DNA from: Candidatus Methylomirabilis oxygeniifera
GTDB lineage: Bacteria; Methylomirabilota; Methylomirabilia; Methylomirabilales; Methylomirabilaceae
DNA: 32,000 bases
Assembly (NCBI GenBank): GCA_000091165.1
Contig: FP565575.1
Span: forward strand, 810,001 to 842,000
Direction of reading: 5' to 3'
How positions within the stretch are numbered: the first letter of the stretch is position 1; every line of letters starts with the position of its first letter. The translations under genes were made by a program, and so were the position numbers. The notes beneath the pieces are model-generated. The model saw only the letters and a list, made by a program, of their open reading frames with translations. It did no database searches and was not told the origin of the DNA. Shown here in pieces: positions 31,107-32,000 of the stretch.

Positions 31107-32000
31107 ATGCAGATTCACCGTCTGTCGGTCGAAGAGGCGCTGAAGGCTCTTGGAACCACCGACCAGGGGTTGAGCGAGGTCGAGGCGGAAAGACGACTCC
31201 GCGAATTCGGCCTCAACGCGCTTCAGGCCGCGGAAGACATACCGGTTCTGGCGATGCTGGGGCGGCAGTGTACGCACTTTCTGGCGCTTTTGCTGTGGGC
31301 GGCAGCAGCGCTGGCGTTCGTGGCCGATTGGATGAAGCCCGGCGAGGGGATGGATCTGCTCGCCTGGGCTATTATCGGGGTGATCGGGGTGAACGCCCTC
31401 TTCTCCTTCGTACAGGAGTACAAGGCGGAGCGAGCGATCATCGCCTTGAGGCGTCTTCTGCCGATGCGCGTGAAGGTCGTTCGGACCGGCGGCATCAGGG
31501 AGGTTCCGGCGTCCGATCTGGTGCCGGGTGATCTTACGATCCTGGCTGAGGGCGATCGAGTGCCCGCCGATGGACGGGTAATCGCCGCGGTCCAGTTCCG
31601 GGTCGACAACGCGCCGCTGACGGGCGAATCGATCCCTAAAAGCCGCACAGCGGAGGCTGCGGCGGCGGGGTCGCTTGCTGAGAGCGCCAATATCGTGTTT
31701 GCCGGCACCACCGTCCTCTCGGGGACGGCGAGGGTGGCCATCTTCGCCACCGGAATGAACACGGAGTTCGGCAAGATCGCCCACCTGACGTCGGGGATCG
31801 AGGCCGAATTGAGTCCGCTGCAGCACGAGATCCGAACAGTTACTCGACTGATTGCGGCGATCTCCATAGGTATCGGCTTCGCCTTTTTTGGACTTGGGGT
31901 GCTGATCGGCCGGAGCTTCTGGGAGAATTTTGTCTTTGCGGTCGGACTTCTGGTGGCCAATGTTCCGGAAGGCCTTCTCCCGACCGTCACCCTCGCATTA
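31107..32000 (+). CDS. type II cation-transporting P-type ATPase (Ca2+/Mg2+-type, CtpF-like); 3' end runs off the window
   Basis: Absent from the ORF track because it has no stop in the window. The frame from ATG 31107 is open for 298 codons. Cation_ATPase_N pattern LSVEEALKALGTTDQGLSEVEAERRLREFGLNAL, actuator motif PLTGESIPK, TM4 motif VPEGLLPTVTLAL. Confidence 0.9.
   Translation, partial: MQIHRLSVEEALKALGTTDQGLSEVEAERRLREFGLNALQAAEDIPVLAMLGRQCTHFLALLLWAAAALAFVADWMKPGEGMDLLAWAIIGVIGVNALFSFVQEYKAERAIIALRRLLPMRVKVVRTGGIREVPASDLVPGDLTILAEGDRVPADGRVIAAVQFRVDNAPLTGESIPKSRTAEAAAAGSLAESANIVFAGTTVLSGTARVAIFATGMNTEFGKIAHLTSGIEAELSPLQHEIRTVTRLIAAISIGIGFAFFGLGVLIGRSFWENFVFAVGLLVANVPEGLLPTVTLAL

Noticed and set aside
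30171-31826. Very long antisense ORFs: 551 aa here, plus 14894-16249, 3799-4863, 19801-20874, 25210-26241, 17479-18483, 2397-3131, 6936-7772, 5106-5720 and others on the strand opposite well-supported genes.
   Set aside because: Each mirrors a gene with strong family motifs on the other strand. The translations are Arg/Pro/Gly-rich with no recognisable motifs, SD or sensible starts. Stop-poor antisense frames are expected in GC-rich coding DNA. The 551-aa one even runs across an intergenic gap.

Overview
GC-rich bacterial chromosomal window. I saw no rRNA, tRNA, CRISPR array, intact transposase or phage genes. All function calls come from reading motifs in the translations by eye; no searches were run. 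Left to right: (1) a truncated secreted protein with squalene-cyclase/prenyltransferase repeats (minus strand, missing from the ORF track because it runs off the edge). (2) A visibly AT-richer, repeat-laden spacer with a near-consensus sigma70 promoter and a small hydrophobic ORF. (3) A cusC-cusB-cusA type Cu(I)/Ag(I) RND efflux operon. (4) A terC relic and an M50 site-2 protease with a CBS pair (minus strand). (5) A 69-aa membrane protein whose leader and first 11 codons are duplicated 1.8 kb upstream. (6) A YHS-domain::alpha-glucan phosphorylase fusion. (7) An extremely Met-rich secreted protein. (8) Three antitoxin-type genes with no toxin partners. (9) ftsH. (10) An operon behind a textbook sigma54 promoter: atypical receiver, YVTN beta-propeller, CBS pair, and a two-gene split pyruvate:ferredoxin oxidoreductase. 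(11) A NirJ/AhbD-like radical SAM/SPASM gene. (12) A stress block: USP, APH-like kinase, APS-kinase-like P-loop protein, Cys-rich small protein, Hsp20, BCAM0308-like zinc-ribbon protein, archaeal-type SAM synthetase, CBS-ACT protein, tandem USP, and a type II P-type ATPase running off the right edge. At least six unrelated families of hairpin-forming intergenic repeats occur, several inside operons or 5' leaders. I found no canonical defence or mobile system. The best candidates for something new are the translationally coupled USP/kinase/kinase/Cys-protein operon, the archaeal-type MAT inside an Hsp20 stress operon, the sigma54-led receiver/propeller/CBS/PFOR operon, the YHS-phosphorylase fusion, the Met-rich protein and the toxin-less antitoxin cluster.
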